Part shown: in pieces, positions 18,745 through 28,925 of the stretch
How positions within the stretch are numbered: the stretch's first letter is position 1
Layout: each line of letters opens with the position of its first letter
Sequence record: OP617745.1
Direction: 5' to 3' (one strand)
DNA: 64,000 bases
The notes under the pieces: model-generated
Told to the model about the DNA's origin: nothing
The model's input: only the letters and a program-made list of their open reading frames with translations
Databases searched by the model: none
Made by a program: the position numbers and the translations under genes

Positions 18745-19945
18745 TAAATTATACGTAGCACGTTCATATGCTGGAACAGATAAAATAAATGGAAGTATAA
18801 TCGATGCAACAAAAGATCATACTAAAGCATATCAGGATAAAAAATCCAGAGTAGATCAACGCCACCGACATAATACACTGGCTTCACTTGAACTGGATAA
18901 TGTCCCAACAAAGGGGTTCAGCGTAGTCAAACAATATAGTTATGTCAGCCGTGAATGTTTTTTTTCTATTCATCACCCAAGAGGTTTTGAATTTAGTATT
19001 TCAGTACAAAATATGATTGATTTGATTGCTAACAATAATATCATCAATGGTTCATTTGTTGATGAAATGTACTTCGATGATAAATTACAACTAATCAACA
19101 GTAATACTGAAGCGTTTGAAAAAATGAAAAAACGCGAAGAAATCAAAGAGAAGAACAAAAATACAAAAGAAAATCTTAAATGTGGTAGTGGTTTTGTTTA
19201 TCTGAAAAATGAATTCTATTACTGTGGTAAAGTTCATGCAATTAGTGTTCATGCAAACAAAGATTATGCATTAACTGATAAAAGTCGTTCATATGATTTA
19301 GTATATGATATTGGCAAGAAACTCTATTCTTTGTGTAATGATTTGAGTAAGTACCAAATTGAACAAAGAGCACTTCTTAATACAAAAACTGATTTAGAAA
19401 CAGAAGTACAGAAAGCAAATACATATTTTCAAAGTACAGTCAAAAAAGAATATGCACCTCTTTCCGACCAAAGAGAACCAGTACTAATTCATACCAAATC
19501 ATTCAAGAAATCCGACTTACGTATTCAGTACAATGATATTTCTTATTCAGAAATGTCAAACGGTGTAAATTATTTTTGTTCTAATTTATTATACTTAGCA
19601 GAATATAATAATAACACATATAGAGTGTTCTTTGGTCTTAATAAAAACTATAAGCCAGGTGTATACCGACATTATAGTAATGATTATGATATAATCAATT
19701 CTGGTAATTTTGAGATTTACTGTGCATACCCATGTACTGTATCAGAAAATACATTAGAAATGGATGTTGACATTAATAGTCATTATTCTTTTGCTATGTG
19801 GGGTGCATATAAATCACCATTCTATCCACCATCCAAGCGTTATGACGCATATAGTACCAGTTATAAAAACAAAAAAGAATTAGTTCATCTTGAACCATCG
19901 AAAACGACGCTAAAAGTTGGTCATTATTATCTACAAGGAAAGTAA
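18731..19945 (+). CDS. Hypothetical protein (404 aa)
   Basis: Long ORF; LDNVPTKGF...HPRGFEFSISVQN recalled from large-phage hypotheticals. Confidence 0.75.
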   Translation: MSIPSKLYVARSYAGTDKINGSIIDATKDHTKAYQDKKSRVDQRHRHNTLASLELDNVPTKGFSVVKQYSYVSRECFFSIHHPRGFEFSISVQNMIDLIANNNIINGSFVDEMYFDDKLQLINSNTEAFEKMKKREEIKEKNKNTKENLKCGSGFVYLKNEFYYCGKVHAISVHANKDYALTDKSRSYDLVYDIGKKLYSLCNDLSKYQIEQRALLNTKTDLETEVQKANTYFQSTVKKEYAPLSDQREPVLIHTKSFKKSDLRIQYNDISYSEMSNGVNYFCSNLLYLAEYNNNTYRVFFGLNKNYKPGVYRHYSNDYDIINSGNFEIYCAYPCTVSENTLEMDVDINSHYSFAMWGAYKSPFYPPSKRYDAYSTSYKNKKELVHLEPSKTTLKVGHYYLQGK

Positions 19946-19948
19946 AAA

Positions 19949-21364
19949 ATGAGCATTCTGTCCATTCTAAATGAAATTAAAAATACCAGTAGTACTAATG
20001 CAAAAAAAGATATCCTAAGAGAAAATAAAAATAATATTTTACTACAAAAGGTAATCAAATACGCATTGGATCCTCTTAAAGTTTATGGATATAAAAAGCT
20101 TCCAGAACCAGTCTCAGACGGTTTCAAAATGAGCCTTAATGATGCACTGGACGCACTTGACCGTATTGCTAGTCGTGAATTTACTGGTCATGCTGGCCGT
20201 GATTTTATTGCATCAGTACTTGGTTCAGTTAATGAAGATGATGCTGAAGTACTGCGTAAAGTACTATCAAAAGATCTTGAATGTGGTATTCAAGAAAAAT
20301 TGTGTAATGATGTATTTGGTAAACAATTCATCAAAGATGAACCGTATATGCGTTGTGGATTACTTGATAGTAAAAGTATTCGTGGTATTGATTTTAGCAA
20401 ATATGGATACGCGATTTCTGAATTAAAATGTGATGGATGTTACATGAATCATTCAGTAATTAATGGTTCAGTAACAAGTACCTCAAGAAATGGTCGTACT
20501 TATGATTTTCTTGGAATACGTGATGAAGAAATGAATAAACTTTCTGACATTTTAAAAAGGTTAGATACACGTTTCGATAGTGGATGTATCTTTATGGGTG
20601 AATGTTTGATGCTTGATGAATATGGAAAAATCCAAGATCGTAAAACCGGAAATGGGTTAATTCAGAAAGCAATGCGTGGTACAATTTCTATTGCTGAGGC
20701 ACATAATGTACTCTTCGTCTTCTGGGATATTGTTCCCAGAACAGCATTTGAATCTGGTGAATGGAAAGTAGAACGAAAAGAACGTAGGGAACTTTTAGAA
20801 AAAGCAATTCAAGAACTAAACAGTACTTATATTCGTATGGTTGAATATAAGAAAGTGACTAATCTAAAAGAAGCATTTGATTATAATACTGAACTTATGA
20901 CTCGTGGTGAAGAGGGTTCAGTGCTAAAATGTGAATCTGGATACTGGAAGTCACATACTTCACCCAAACAATTAAAAATGAAACTAAAGATGCAGGTAGA
21001 TTTACGCATTAAAGGTTTTAATGAAGGTGAAGGTAAGCGTAAAGGTATGCTAGGTTCATTGATTTTGGAATCTGATGAAGGTGAGTTAGAAGTTTCCTGT
21101 GGTACTGGAATTAAAGAAAAAGATGAAGAATGGACATTCCAAACTATTTGGAATAATCGTGATAAATTAATGGGTGCTATCGTGACAGTTGAAACTAATG
21201 ATATTATTCAAGATAAGCGTACAAATAAACCATCTTTATTTTTACCAGTTTTTCAAGAATTTCGATTTGATAAACAAACTTGCGACTCGTATGAACGAAT
21301 TTTGGAAATTCGTGAAAGTGCAGTAGAAGTATTCAGTAAACAACTTATTGGATCATTAAAATAA
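19949..21364 (+). CDS. lig: ATP-dependent DNA ligase (T4 gp30-like)
   Basis: Motif I ELKCDG, FVFWD, EEGSVLK, KMK, C-terminal OB-fold LFLPVF.EFRFDK. Confidence 0.93.
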   Translation: MSILSILNEIKNTSSTNAKKDILRENKNNILLQKVIKYALDPLKVYGYKKLPEPVSDGFKMSLNDALDALDRIASREFTGHAGRDFIASVLGSVNEDDAEVLRKVLSKDLECGIQEKLCNDVFGKQFIKDEPYMRCGLLDSKSIRGIDFSKYGYAISELKCDGCYMNHSVINGSVTSTSRNGRTYDFLGIRDEEMNKLSDILKRLDTRFDSGCIFMGECLMLDEYGKIQDRKTGNGLIQKAMRGTISIAEAHNVLFVFWDIVPRTAFESGEWKVERKERRELLEKAIQELNSTYIRMVEYKKVTNLKEAFDYNTELMTRGEEGSVLKCESGYWKSHTSPKQLKMKLKMQVDLRIKGFNEGEGKRKGMLGSLILESDEGELEVSCGTGIKEKDEEWTFQTIWNNRDKLMGAIVTVETNDIIQDKRTNKPSLFLPVFQEFRFDKQTCDSYERILEIRESAVEVFSKQLIGSLK

Positions 21365-21413
21365 AATAAAATGGAGTACTACGGAATTGTTCTCCCTATT
21401 TTCAAGGAATGAA

Positions 21414-22784
21414 ATGTTAAAAAGTAATAAACCATTTATTGGTACAATTGATTTAAGAACTAAACCAGTAGTAGATAAAGAAATATTAGACGCTATTGCT
21501 TTATCAGAATCAGGTGATGCTGAAGCAATAACACGAAGAATTCTTAGTGAAAAATATCCATATATTGATTGGAATACCATAGATTTTAATAATCTTGAAC
21601 AAGACAATTTTAGTACTAAAATGAATAATTGCATAGGTATTGTAAGATTACGAAAGAAATCAAATAAATGGCCTATAAAACAATATGTAATGAAATGTCA
21701 AAAATGTTCAATAGATGAACAATTATTCGGATATGCTATTTATATTACGGATCGTAAAAGTATAAAAAACAACCAAGTTGGTTGTGGATGTACCAAATAT
21801 ACTAAATGGTCAAAGTATCAATATATAATTAGAATCCAAAGACAATCTATAATTGATAAGATTTTATTCATTGGATTTAATGGTGATTTTTGTGGCAAAA
21901 ATACCAAATTAAATTTATATTGTAATATACGTTTACATGGAAAATGGAATTATACTACTGTTAATAACTTTTTATCGCAAAAAGAACAAAGTTATGGATG
22001 TCCAGTTTGTAAAAAAGAATCACAAACTATTGCTGATGATATACATATAGAAAAATTTTTCAGTACTGGGAAATATAAAGATGGAACTGTATTTTGCAGA
22101 ACACATCAAAAAGAACATATATGGATATGGAAATATAAATGTCCAATATGTAGTTATGATGAATATGTTCAAAATGGTGTATGTACTGGAATTTTTGAAA
22201 TTCCACATTCTGATTTATTAAAAGGAAAATATCGCTGTCGTTGTAGTTTGGTTAAATGGACACAAGAACAAAGAGAATATCAAATTAATAGAGAATTATC
22301 AAAAAGATTATCAAAACATAAATTTATTAAATGGAAAGACGATTTTGGATATAAAAATCCTTATAGCAAATTTATATATTATTGTGAAATTAATGAAGAA
22401 TATAATGAAATATCAATAAATGAATTCATTGATGTTGGGTGTGGATGTTCTTCTTGTTATAATAGAAATCAAAAAGAAAGTTATATAAATTTAATACTTG
22501 ACAATGATATTCCAATAGCAATAAAATATGGAATTACTGTAAATCATAAAAAACGAGTATCTACACAAAATAGATATTGTATATATGATGTTAAAAATTT
22601 CGGTAAATGGGAATTTGATTCTCCATATCTATGCAAATCAGCAGAAGATGAATGTAAAAGAACATTTACAAGAGTTTTAGAAAAAAGAGAAATGAAAGAT
22701 GGATATACTGAAACCACATCAGTACTGAATCTTGAAAATATAATTGAGATTTATGAAAATTGGGGTGGAATTTATATAAAATAA
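21414..22784 (+). CDS. Homing endonuclease-like protein: Cys-rich Zn repeats plus C-terminal GIY-YIG-like domain (start 21387 or 21414)
   Basis: Several CxxC pairs; IKYGITVN.KKR..TQN...AE...K...KDGYTET; lies directly after the ligase gene. Confidence 0.65.
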   Translation: MLKSNKPFIGTIDLRTKPVVDKEILDAIALSESGDAEAITRRILSEKYPYIDWNTIDFNNLEQDNFSTKMNNCIGIVRLRKKSNKWPIKQYVMKCQKCSIDEQLFGYAIYITDRKSIKNNQVGCGCTKYTKWSKYQYIIRIQRQSIIDKILFIGFNGDFCGKNTKLNLYCNIRLHGKWNYTTVNNFLSQKEQSYGCPVCKKESQTIADDIHIEKFFSTGKYKDGTVFCRTHQKEHIWIWKYKCPICSYDEYVQNGVCTGIFEIPHSDLLKGKYRCRCSLVKWTQEQREYQINRELSKRLSKHKFIKWKDDFGYKNPYSKFIYYCEINEEYNEISINEFIDVGCGCSSCYNRNQKESYINLILDNDIPIAIKYGITVNHKKRVSTQNRYCIYDVKNFGKWEFDSPYLCKSAEDECKRTFTRVLEKREMKDGYTETTSVLNLENIIEIYENWGGIYIK

Positions 22785-22787
22785 ATG

Positions 22788-22816
22788 TTGACATTTATAA
22801 TTATCTGTTTTATAAT
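22788..22816 (+). promoter_or_regulatory. Consensus sigma70 promoter
   Basis: TTGACA-N17-TATAAT. Confidence 0.85.
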
Positions 22817-22843
22817 AAACAAGCTAAACAAAAAAGGTAAAAT

Positions 22844-23128
22844 ATGAAACGTGTAATTCTGTCTCTATCTACAGCAGTAGTGTTGGCACTGACTGGCTGT
22901 ACTGATGCAACTCAATCACAAATCATGTCACCTGGTAATATTCATCAAGTTAAATGTTATAGTGGTGGAGTAGAAATCTTTAATGATTACAGTACTGGTA
23001 AAGTGAATGATGAAAGTGGTAATGGTATTGGATATGAATCTTACTATACTAAACAATATGTAAACACATATGCAGATTGTATTGTACATACTATGCCAAA
23101 TAACTTTATTCCACCTTCTCAAAACTAA
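22844..23128 (+). CDS. Small lipoprotein
   Basis: Signal peptide with lipobox LTGC. Confidence 0.75.
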   Translation: MKRVILSLSTAVVLALTGCTDATQSQIMSPGNIHQVKCYSGGVEIFNDYSTGKVNDESGNGIGYESYYTKQYVNTYADCIVHTMPNNFIPPSQN

Positions 23129-23137
23129 GGAACAATT

Positions 23138-23166
23138 GAGAGTACTATAGTACTCTCTAATTTTTA
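23138..23166. repeat. Perfect 20-bp palindrome containing two AGTACT sites (possible terminator)
   Basis: GAGAGTACTATAGTACTCTC at 23138-23157, followed by a T-run. Confidence 0.75.
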
Positions 23167-23561
23167 TGTACATAAAAATGCTAAATTTTAGGAATAATGA
23201 TTTTATATTTACATCAACTGCATCACCACAGTCGTATTTGAATATGAATAATCTACCTTCTGGTATTATGTATCATTGTGATGTATCTACAATTTTCGAT
23301 TCCAATAATCCTGAATTTCATTTCGTTGAAAAATCAAGATATAATAACAATGTTGGTATTATCAATGGTGGATTATATGAATATGCATTTGATTACGATA
23401 AAAATTATTATGTAGCAATACCAAGTAGTAGTTTGGTGTATTCGTGTAAACTAGACAAAATAATTGGGTTTTCATGGAGTACTAAATTATTGAAATTTGA
23501 TTTGAGGATGATTGAACCAGTACTGTTATGGGATTTTATTTTGGTAATGAAATCACTTTAA
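23166..23561 (+). CDS. Hypothetical protein
   Basis: ORF, 131 aa. Confidence 0.6.
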   Translation: MYIKMLNFRNNDFIFTSTASPQSYLNMNNLPSGIMYHCDVSTIFDSNNPEFHFVEKSRYNNNVGIINGGLYEYAFDYDKNYYVAIPSSSLVYSCKLDKIIGFSWSTKLLKFDLRMIEPVLLWDFILVMKSL

Positions 23562-23677
23562 TTCTTGACAAATGAAAAAATGAAAAAATATTTAAATATT
23601 TTGAAAAAATGATTGACTTAAAATGTTTTTATATGTTACAATGTTTACATAAATCGATGAACAAAGAGGAAAATGCA

Positions 23678-24379
23678 ATGTTTGAACAATTCATGTTTGG
23701 TGGTTATGTTGATGGTACACAAGTAACAAATCAATCCATTCCATATGTGGTTGAAAAAGAGAATGGTCAAGAACGTACTTATGACCTAGCTTCTCGTATG
23801 ATGAAAGATCGTTTGATTTTTCTAGATACCGATTTCAATGACCAAATGGCACATGTTATCAAAATGCAACTTCTGTGGCTTGATTCTCAGAGTGATGAGC
23901 CTATTACTTTATATATTTGTAGTCCAGGTGGTTCTGTTGTTAGTGGACTGGGTATTGCCGATGTTGTACATTCTCTTCGCTCTCCAGTACGTACTGTAGT
24001 AATGGGTTATGCCGCTTCCATGGGTTGCTATACTCAAAGTACTATGGGTACTCCCGGTTATCGTTTGGGTGGACAACGATCCTATGTAATGTGTCACCAA
24101 GTTTCCAGTAATACTAAAGGTGTAATTATGGATCAGAAAATTTCTCTTGCTCATTCTGAACGTTTAAACACTCTATTAATGACAGAAATTGCTAACGCAG
24201 TTGGTGTTAGTTATGAACAACTACTGGAAGATGCTAATCGTGATTTGTGGTTAAATGCAGAAGAGGCTTTAAACTACGGAACGAAAGGATTTTACGATGC
24301 TATTATTTTAGATGGTAAACCAAATAACAAAGGCCAATATCGTGTAAAACGACGTAATGGTGTGGAAGATTGGGTATAA
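23678..24379 (+). CDS. clpP: ClpP-family protease proteolytic subunit
   Basis: DLASRMMKDRLIFL, SPGGSV, catalytic Ser GYAASMG, His MCHQ, Asp RDLWL; ATG 23678 after GAGGA. Confidence 0.9.
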   Translation: MFEQFMFGGYVDGTQVTNQSIPYVVEKENGQERTYDLASRMMKDRLIFLDTDFNDQMAHVIKMQLLWLDSQSDEPITLYICSPGGSVVSGLGIADVVHSLRSPVRTVVMGYAASMGCYTQSTMGTPGYRLGGQRSYVMCHQVSSNTKGVIMDQKISLAHSERLNTLLMTEIANAVGVSYEQLLEDANRDLWLNAEEALNYGTKGFYDAIILDGKPNNKGQYRVKRRNGVEDWV

Positions 24380-24442
24380 AATAGTACTGAATTATATTAA
24401 ACTTGCCCCAGTATATGGGGCATTATTTTAAATGGATTTTAA

Positions 24443-25378
24443 ATGAAAAAAAGAATATCAAAAGAACAATTTTTACAAGAGGCACATCTAAAATTTAATA
24501 GTAAGTTCATATATCTAATAAATGATAATTCTTGGACTGGAATTACTTCAATAATTGGTGTAATATGTCCTGATCATGGAATAAAATATACAACTGCATT
24601 CAATCATAGGAAAGGGTTATATGGTTGTATGGGATGCCTACACGACGCACAACGTAAAACTATAGAACAATTTATCAATGAATCAATAGATAAACATGGT
24701 AATTTATATGATTACTCTAAAGTAAAATATATCAACAAAGAAACTAAAGTATGTATTATTTGCCCAATACATGGTGAATTTTGGCAAACACCAGCAGATC
24801 ATATTAGACCATACGGTTGTAAAGATTGTGCTCGTGAAAATTCTAAAATAGGTTATGATGAATTTGTTAGACGTAGTAACATAAAACATAATAACAAATA
24901 TGATTATTCTAAAGTAGAATATAATAGATGTGATGAACGTGTTTGTATTATTTGTCCTAAACATGGCGAATTTTGGCAATTTGTAACTGGGCATATGCAT
25001 AGCGGTAATGGTTGTATTAATTGTGCTCGTGAAGAGATGTATCAATCTAAACCAGTCCTTAAAATTAAACAGTATCTATTAGAAAATAATTACAATATAG
25101 TAATGGAAAAGTCATTTAGTGATTGTAGAAATGAGAATACATTACCATTTGATTTTTATTTAGAAGAATATAATCTATGTATCGAATATGATGGTGAACA
25201 ACACTATAAATCTATTGAATTCTTTGGTGGAGAAGAAAAGCTTATTAAGCAACAACAAAATGATTCTATAAAGAATCAATATTGTAAAGACAACAATATA
25301 AATCTTTTACGTATACGATTTGATGAAGATCCTATACTTAAAATTAAAGAATACTTTAACAACATAAGGTCTATATGA
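24443..25378 (+). CDS. Homing endonuclease-like protein: CP.HGEF Zn repeats plus C-terminal PD-(D/E)XK/Vsr-like nuclease
   Basis: Three YDYSKV.Y...KVCIICP.HGEFWQ repeats; LPFDFYL...CIEYDGEQHY. Confidence 0.75.
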   Translation: MKKRISKEQFLQEAHLKFNSKFIYLINDNSWTGITSIIGVICPDHGIKYTTAFNHRKGLYGCMGCLHDAQRKTIEQFINESIDKHGNLYDYSKVKYINKETKVCIICPIHGEFWQTPADHIRPYGCKDCARENSKIGYDEFVRRSNIKHNNKYDYSKVEYNRCDERVCIICPKHGEFWQFVTGHMHSGNGCINCAREEMYQSKPVLKIKQYLLENNYNIVMEKSFSDCRNENTLPFDFYLEEYNLCIEYDGEQHYKSIEFFGGEEKLIKQQQNDSIKNQYCKDNNINLLRIRFDEDPILKIKEYFNNIRSI

Positions 25379-25656
25379 AACAATTAATTCGAAACAATAC
25401 AAATGAAGAATCCGAAATTCTAGATGATACTGAATTTCTCAGTACTGCATTAGAACAGATCAGTACTACTGCATTAAATCTCAAAGAAGTTGACGCAACT
25501 GATAAATTACTTGATGGTTTTTCAGATATTCTTGAACTTCTTAGTGAAGTACTTCTTAAAAATAATATCAATCCAAAAAATGCTTTTATTCATGCAGAAA
25601 ATCTACGTCAAGAAAAGGGAACTTTTCATGACAAGAAAGCAATTAATAAAGACTAA
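25375..25656 (+). CDS. Degenerate MazG/PRA-PH-like protein
   Basis: K.LIRN, SDILELL, LRQEKGTF pattern, but lacks the usual EE motif. Confidence 0.4.
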   Translation: MKQLIRNNTNEESEILDDTEFLSTALEQISTTALNLKEVDATDKLLDGFSDILELLSEVLLKNNINPKNAFIHAENLRQEKGTFHDKKAINKD

Positions 25657-25679
25657 CATCAATTAAAAGGAATTAGAAT

Positions 25680-26144
25680 ATGTCACAACAAGAACAATAT
25701 GAACTAGGTAAAGTATCTTTCAACAACGGTATTGTATATACTCAGGAAGAACTTAAACAATGTAATCCACTATTTCGTACTGGATATAAGGCTGCACAAC
25801 AAGCAGCGATGCTACGAAATAACAACATTTTCCCCACTGTACTCTTCGATGTTCCAAAACGTCCAGAAATTTTCAAACCAACATGGGTTGATATCATGAG
25901 TGCAATGAAACGCCCACGATACCATCGCTTACATAGTAATGAAGGCCGTTGGTTGATGTTTGGTATTGCTAAGCACATTGAAACGCGTACAAGTGAAATC
26001 AAGCGTTATAAAGACGTACTCAACATGGTGGATGAAGCATTTGACTATGTTCTCCAATATGGTTATGATGAAGGTGTATTAACGGCACAGGATTGTGAGC
26101 AATATAATTACACACCAAAACCAGTAATTGCAAATAAAGAATAA
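25680..26144 (+). CDS. Hypothetical protein
   Basis: ORF with AAGGA RBS. Confidence 0.75.
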   Translation: MSQQEQYELGKVSFNNGIVYTQEELKQCNPLFRTGYKAAQQAAMLRNNNIFPTVLFDVPKRPEIFKPTWVDIMSAMKRPRYHRLHSNEGRWLMFGIAKHIETRTSEIKRYKDVLNMVDEAFDYVLQYGYDEGVLTAQDCEQYNYTPKPVIANKE

Positions 26145-26193
26145 AATAGATCCGGTACTACACTCTATGTGGTATTTTTGAGGTAATTGTAAT

Positions 26194-26553
26194 ATGCGTA
26201 AAATTATTTGTGTTGATATGGATTATTCCGCTGATCCTCTGTGGTTAGGAATTGAAGATGTAGATGAACCAGAAAGTATTTCATTCATCAATGAATGTTT
26301 GACTGATTACGAGGATGTTTTGAGTAATGAAGTACTACACAGTTTAACTCTATTCCAATCCACATGGGAAAGTTTTCACAGTTCAAAATACAAATCTGTA
26401 TTTTCTGCATATTCTTTTCCTGGATCATTCAGTACCAAAGAATACCTGAGTACTTTAGCTTTTTTGTGTGCTTCACAAATTAAAAAAGAACACCCAGAAT
26501 GGCGTGTATTTTATACCTCAATGTATGATTATGAAAGGACTGAATTAAAATGA
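26194..26553 (+). CDS. Hypothetical protein
   Basis: GAGG RBS; ORF. Confidence 0.7.
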   Translation: MRKIICVDMDYSADPLWLGIEDVDEPESISFINECLTDYEDVLSNEVLHSLTLFQSTWESFHSSKYKSVFSAYSFPGSFSTKEYLSTLAFLCASQIKKEHPEWRVFYTSMYDYERTELK

Positions 26554-27098
26554 AATTAAAAAATGCAGATGTAAAAAACATTAGTACTAAAATTGAATAC
26601 TTGCATAAGCGTAGAATTGAACTTGCATATGAAATTAGTACTAAAGCATATAATTTAGTTAAAGGGTTATATGCCGAATATGAAAAAAATTTCAAATATA
26701 GTATTTTAAATACACTTCAATTCAAACCACAATCTTTTGATAGTTTTGAGAAAGATTTGTTTGGTGGTGGAGGATTCTATAGTACCAAAAAGAAAATTGT
26801 ACTTGATGTAGTTAATCAGACCAATCCAGGTGTTACTAGGGTGATATTTGTTGATGCTTTGTGGTTTAAAGTCAAATATACTATAACCAACGAAAAGGAT
26901 GATGATTTTATTCATCGTGCTGATACAGTAGGTCAAATTTTTGTAGATCATAATAAAGACTTTGATTTTTATAAAAAATTCCGTATTATTTCTGAATTGG
27001 GTGATATAGAATATGAAGATTCAGATTTATCCCGAATTACACGCTGGGAAAGAGAGATTGACAATATGGAATCAATTTTAGCGGATTACAATAAATGA
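26550..27098 (+). CDS. Hypothetical protein
   Basis: ATGA overlap. Confidence 0.7.
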   Translation: MKLKNADVKNISTKIEYLHKRRIELAYEISTKAYNLVKGLYAEYEKNFKYSILNTLQFKPQSFDSFEKDLFGGGGFYSTKKKIVLDVVNQTNPGVTRVIFVDALWFKVKYTITNEKDDDFIHRADTVGQIFVDHNKDFDFYKKFRIISELGDIEYEDSDLSRITRWEREIDNMESILADYNK

Positions 27099-27622
27099 TA
27101 TATCATTTAACAGAAGAACAAAGTACTGAATACTTTAACAATTTAGAAGCAGTTCTGGACTATCATAAAAAAATTCATACAGATGCATGTAATATTTTAA
27201 ATTCTTGGTATACTTTTTATAAACTGAATTTTAATAACCTACCATGGTATATGAAATTTGGTGTTTTATCATATAAAAAGTTTTTAGCATCTATTGCTAA
27301 CGATACTGGGTTAGAAATAAGAAATAAAATGTATCAATATGTAACACCACGCAATATGTCTGGATGGGTTTATAAATTAAAAATTAATAAAATCCAAAAA
27401 TTAACTGGTATTGATTTAAGTACCGAAAGTATAAATTTAGTAATTCATGCAATGCATTTTGGTTTACAATATGATAGTATGTATGATTTGTATAGAACAT
27501 TAGAAAAAATAAAAAAATATGGTTCAATTCCATATACTATTGATGAATATGATTTGAAAATTTTAGAACATGTATCATTTTTAGTACAACATTATAATAT
27601 AGAGAAATATAATGAAGCATAA
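27095..27622 (+). CDS. Hypothetical protein
   Basis: ATGA overlap. Confidence 0.7.
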   Translation: MIYHLTEEQSTEYFNNLEAVLDYHKKIHTDACNILNSWYTFYKLNFNNLPWYMKFGVLSYKKFLASIANDTGLEIRNKMYQYVTPRNMSGWVYKLKINKIQKLTGIDLSTESINLVIHAMHFGLQYDSMYDLYRTLEKIKKYGSIPYTIDEYDLKILEHVSFLVQHYNIEKYNEA

Positions 27623-28082
27623 AACATGGTTAAATATTGCTAAAGTTGTTGCTGAAGAAAGTAAATGTATTTCACACAAAGTTGGTGCAGTAATTGTAAA
27701 GAATAACAGGATTCTCAGTACTGGGTATAATGGTACAAGTTCTGGGGCAGTTAATTGTTGTGATGCGAATAGTCATTTAATTCATAATAATGAATTTCAA
27801 AATTGGGTATCAGATGAAGCTAAACATGAACATCATGAGTGGAGTAATATTCATGAAATTCACGCAGAAATGAATGCTTTATTGTATAGCTCTCCACAAG
27901 AACGACAGGGTGCAACTCTTTACAGTACAATGCAACCCTGCTATACCTGTTCTAAATTAATTGCAGGAAGTGGTATTACTAATGTAATTTATGAAAAAGA
28001 ATACCCACGTACACCACCCGAAGCAATTGAAGTTTTAAAAGATGCTGGTATTACAGTTAATAAATTATCAGATTTGGAATAA
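27612..28082 (+). CDS. cd: dCMP deaminase
   Basis: SKC...VGAVIV...STGYNG, HAEMNA, PCYTCSK. Confidence 0.92.
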   Translation: MKHKTWLNIAKVVAEESKCISHKVGAVIVKNNRILSTGYNGTSSGAVNCCDANSHLIHNNEFQNWVSDEAKHEHHEWSNIHEIHAEMNALLYSSPQERQGATLYSTMQPCYTCSKLIAGSGITNVIYEKEYPRTPPEAIEVLKDAGITVNKLSDLE

Positions 28083-28149
28083 TTATTTTAACATAATAAA
28101 TGTACTTTTGGATTATATACAATTAGTATCTTTTGAGTTAAAATAATAC

Positions 28150-28184
28150 AAAAAAGGAGAACTATAAAGTTCTCCTTAATTTTT
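28150..28184. terminator. Bidirectional terminator
   Basis: AAGGAGAACT-ataa-AGTTCTCCTT between convergent genes, A-run on the left, T-rich on the right. Confidence 0.75.
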
Positions 28185-28187
28185 AAA

Positions 28188-28826
28188 TTATTCTACTGTG
28201 ACTTCAACAGTATCAGTTTTGCTTCCATCATTGGTGGTTACAGTTATAGTTGCAGTACCAGTAGCTACATATGAAACTAGCCCAGTACTATCTACAGTAC
28301 AAACACCCACTGCACTGGAAGACCATGTAACAGATTTATCGGTTGCATCCAATGGTAGTACTGAAACGCTTAATTGCTCAGTGCCGCCGACTGCACCAGT
28401 AAGAGTTTTTGGTGAAACAGTAACGCTTTCTACATGAACGACTGGTGGTTTTACGTTAGTGCGTCTAAAAATAAATCCACCATTATCCAACTTGACTTTG
28501 TTGAGTTGGTAGAGTATACTGAATCCCTCGACACCGGTTTTTGGGTCAGATTCTTTGATACAAAAGGTATTTACTGCTAGTGAATCAGCAATATCTTCGT
28601 CAGCATCGGAATATTTTAGTGCTACCAGATTTGAATCGCGGTGAACTAGTCTAATAAATGTATAAACAGTTCCATCTGTGGAAATCAAATCATACACATC
28701 AAAAGTTCTTTGTTTGTATACAAATAGGTCGCCAACATGAACTGTACCATTAACATTTGCCGCAGTGACTTTCAATCCATCAACAACAAACGGATAATGG
28801 TTTTGTTTTGCGATAACACGTGCCAT
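28188..28826 (-). CDS. Ig-like (Big_2) domain protein, probably virion-associated
   Basis: C-terminal VESVTVSP...EQLSVSVLP.DATDKSVTWSSS..VCTVDSTGLV...GTATITVTT.DG. Confidence 0.85.
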   Translation of the reverse strand: MARVIAKQNHYPFVVDGLKVTAANVNGTVHVGDLFVYKQRTFDVYDLISTDGTVYTFIRLVHRDSNLVALKYSDADEDIADSLAVNTFCIKESDPKTGVEGFSILYQLNKVKLDNGGFIFRRTNVKPPVVHVESVTVSPKTLTGAVGGTEQLSVSVLPLDATDKSVTWSSSAVGVCTVDSTGLVSYVATGTATITVTTNDGSKTDTVEVTVE

Positions 28827-28925
28827 TATTTTCTCCCTTTTATAAAAACTTGTAAACGTTATTAAATTTATGTTTATTATAAAATTTTATATAACCTTAC
28901 TATTATTTACCAATTTAGAGGAAAT

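Noticed and set aside
23609-23677. Upstream ATG for clpP given by the ORF track
   Set aside because: The extension overlaps a promoter-like TTGACT...TACAAT; ATG 23678 has a GAGGA RBS
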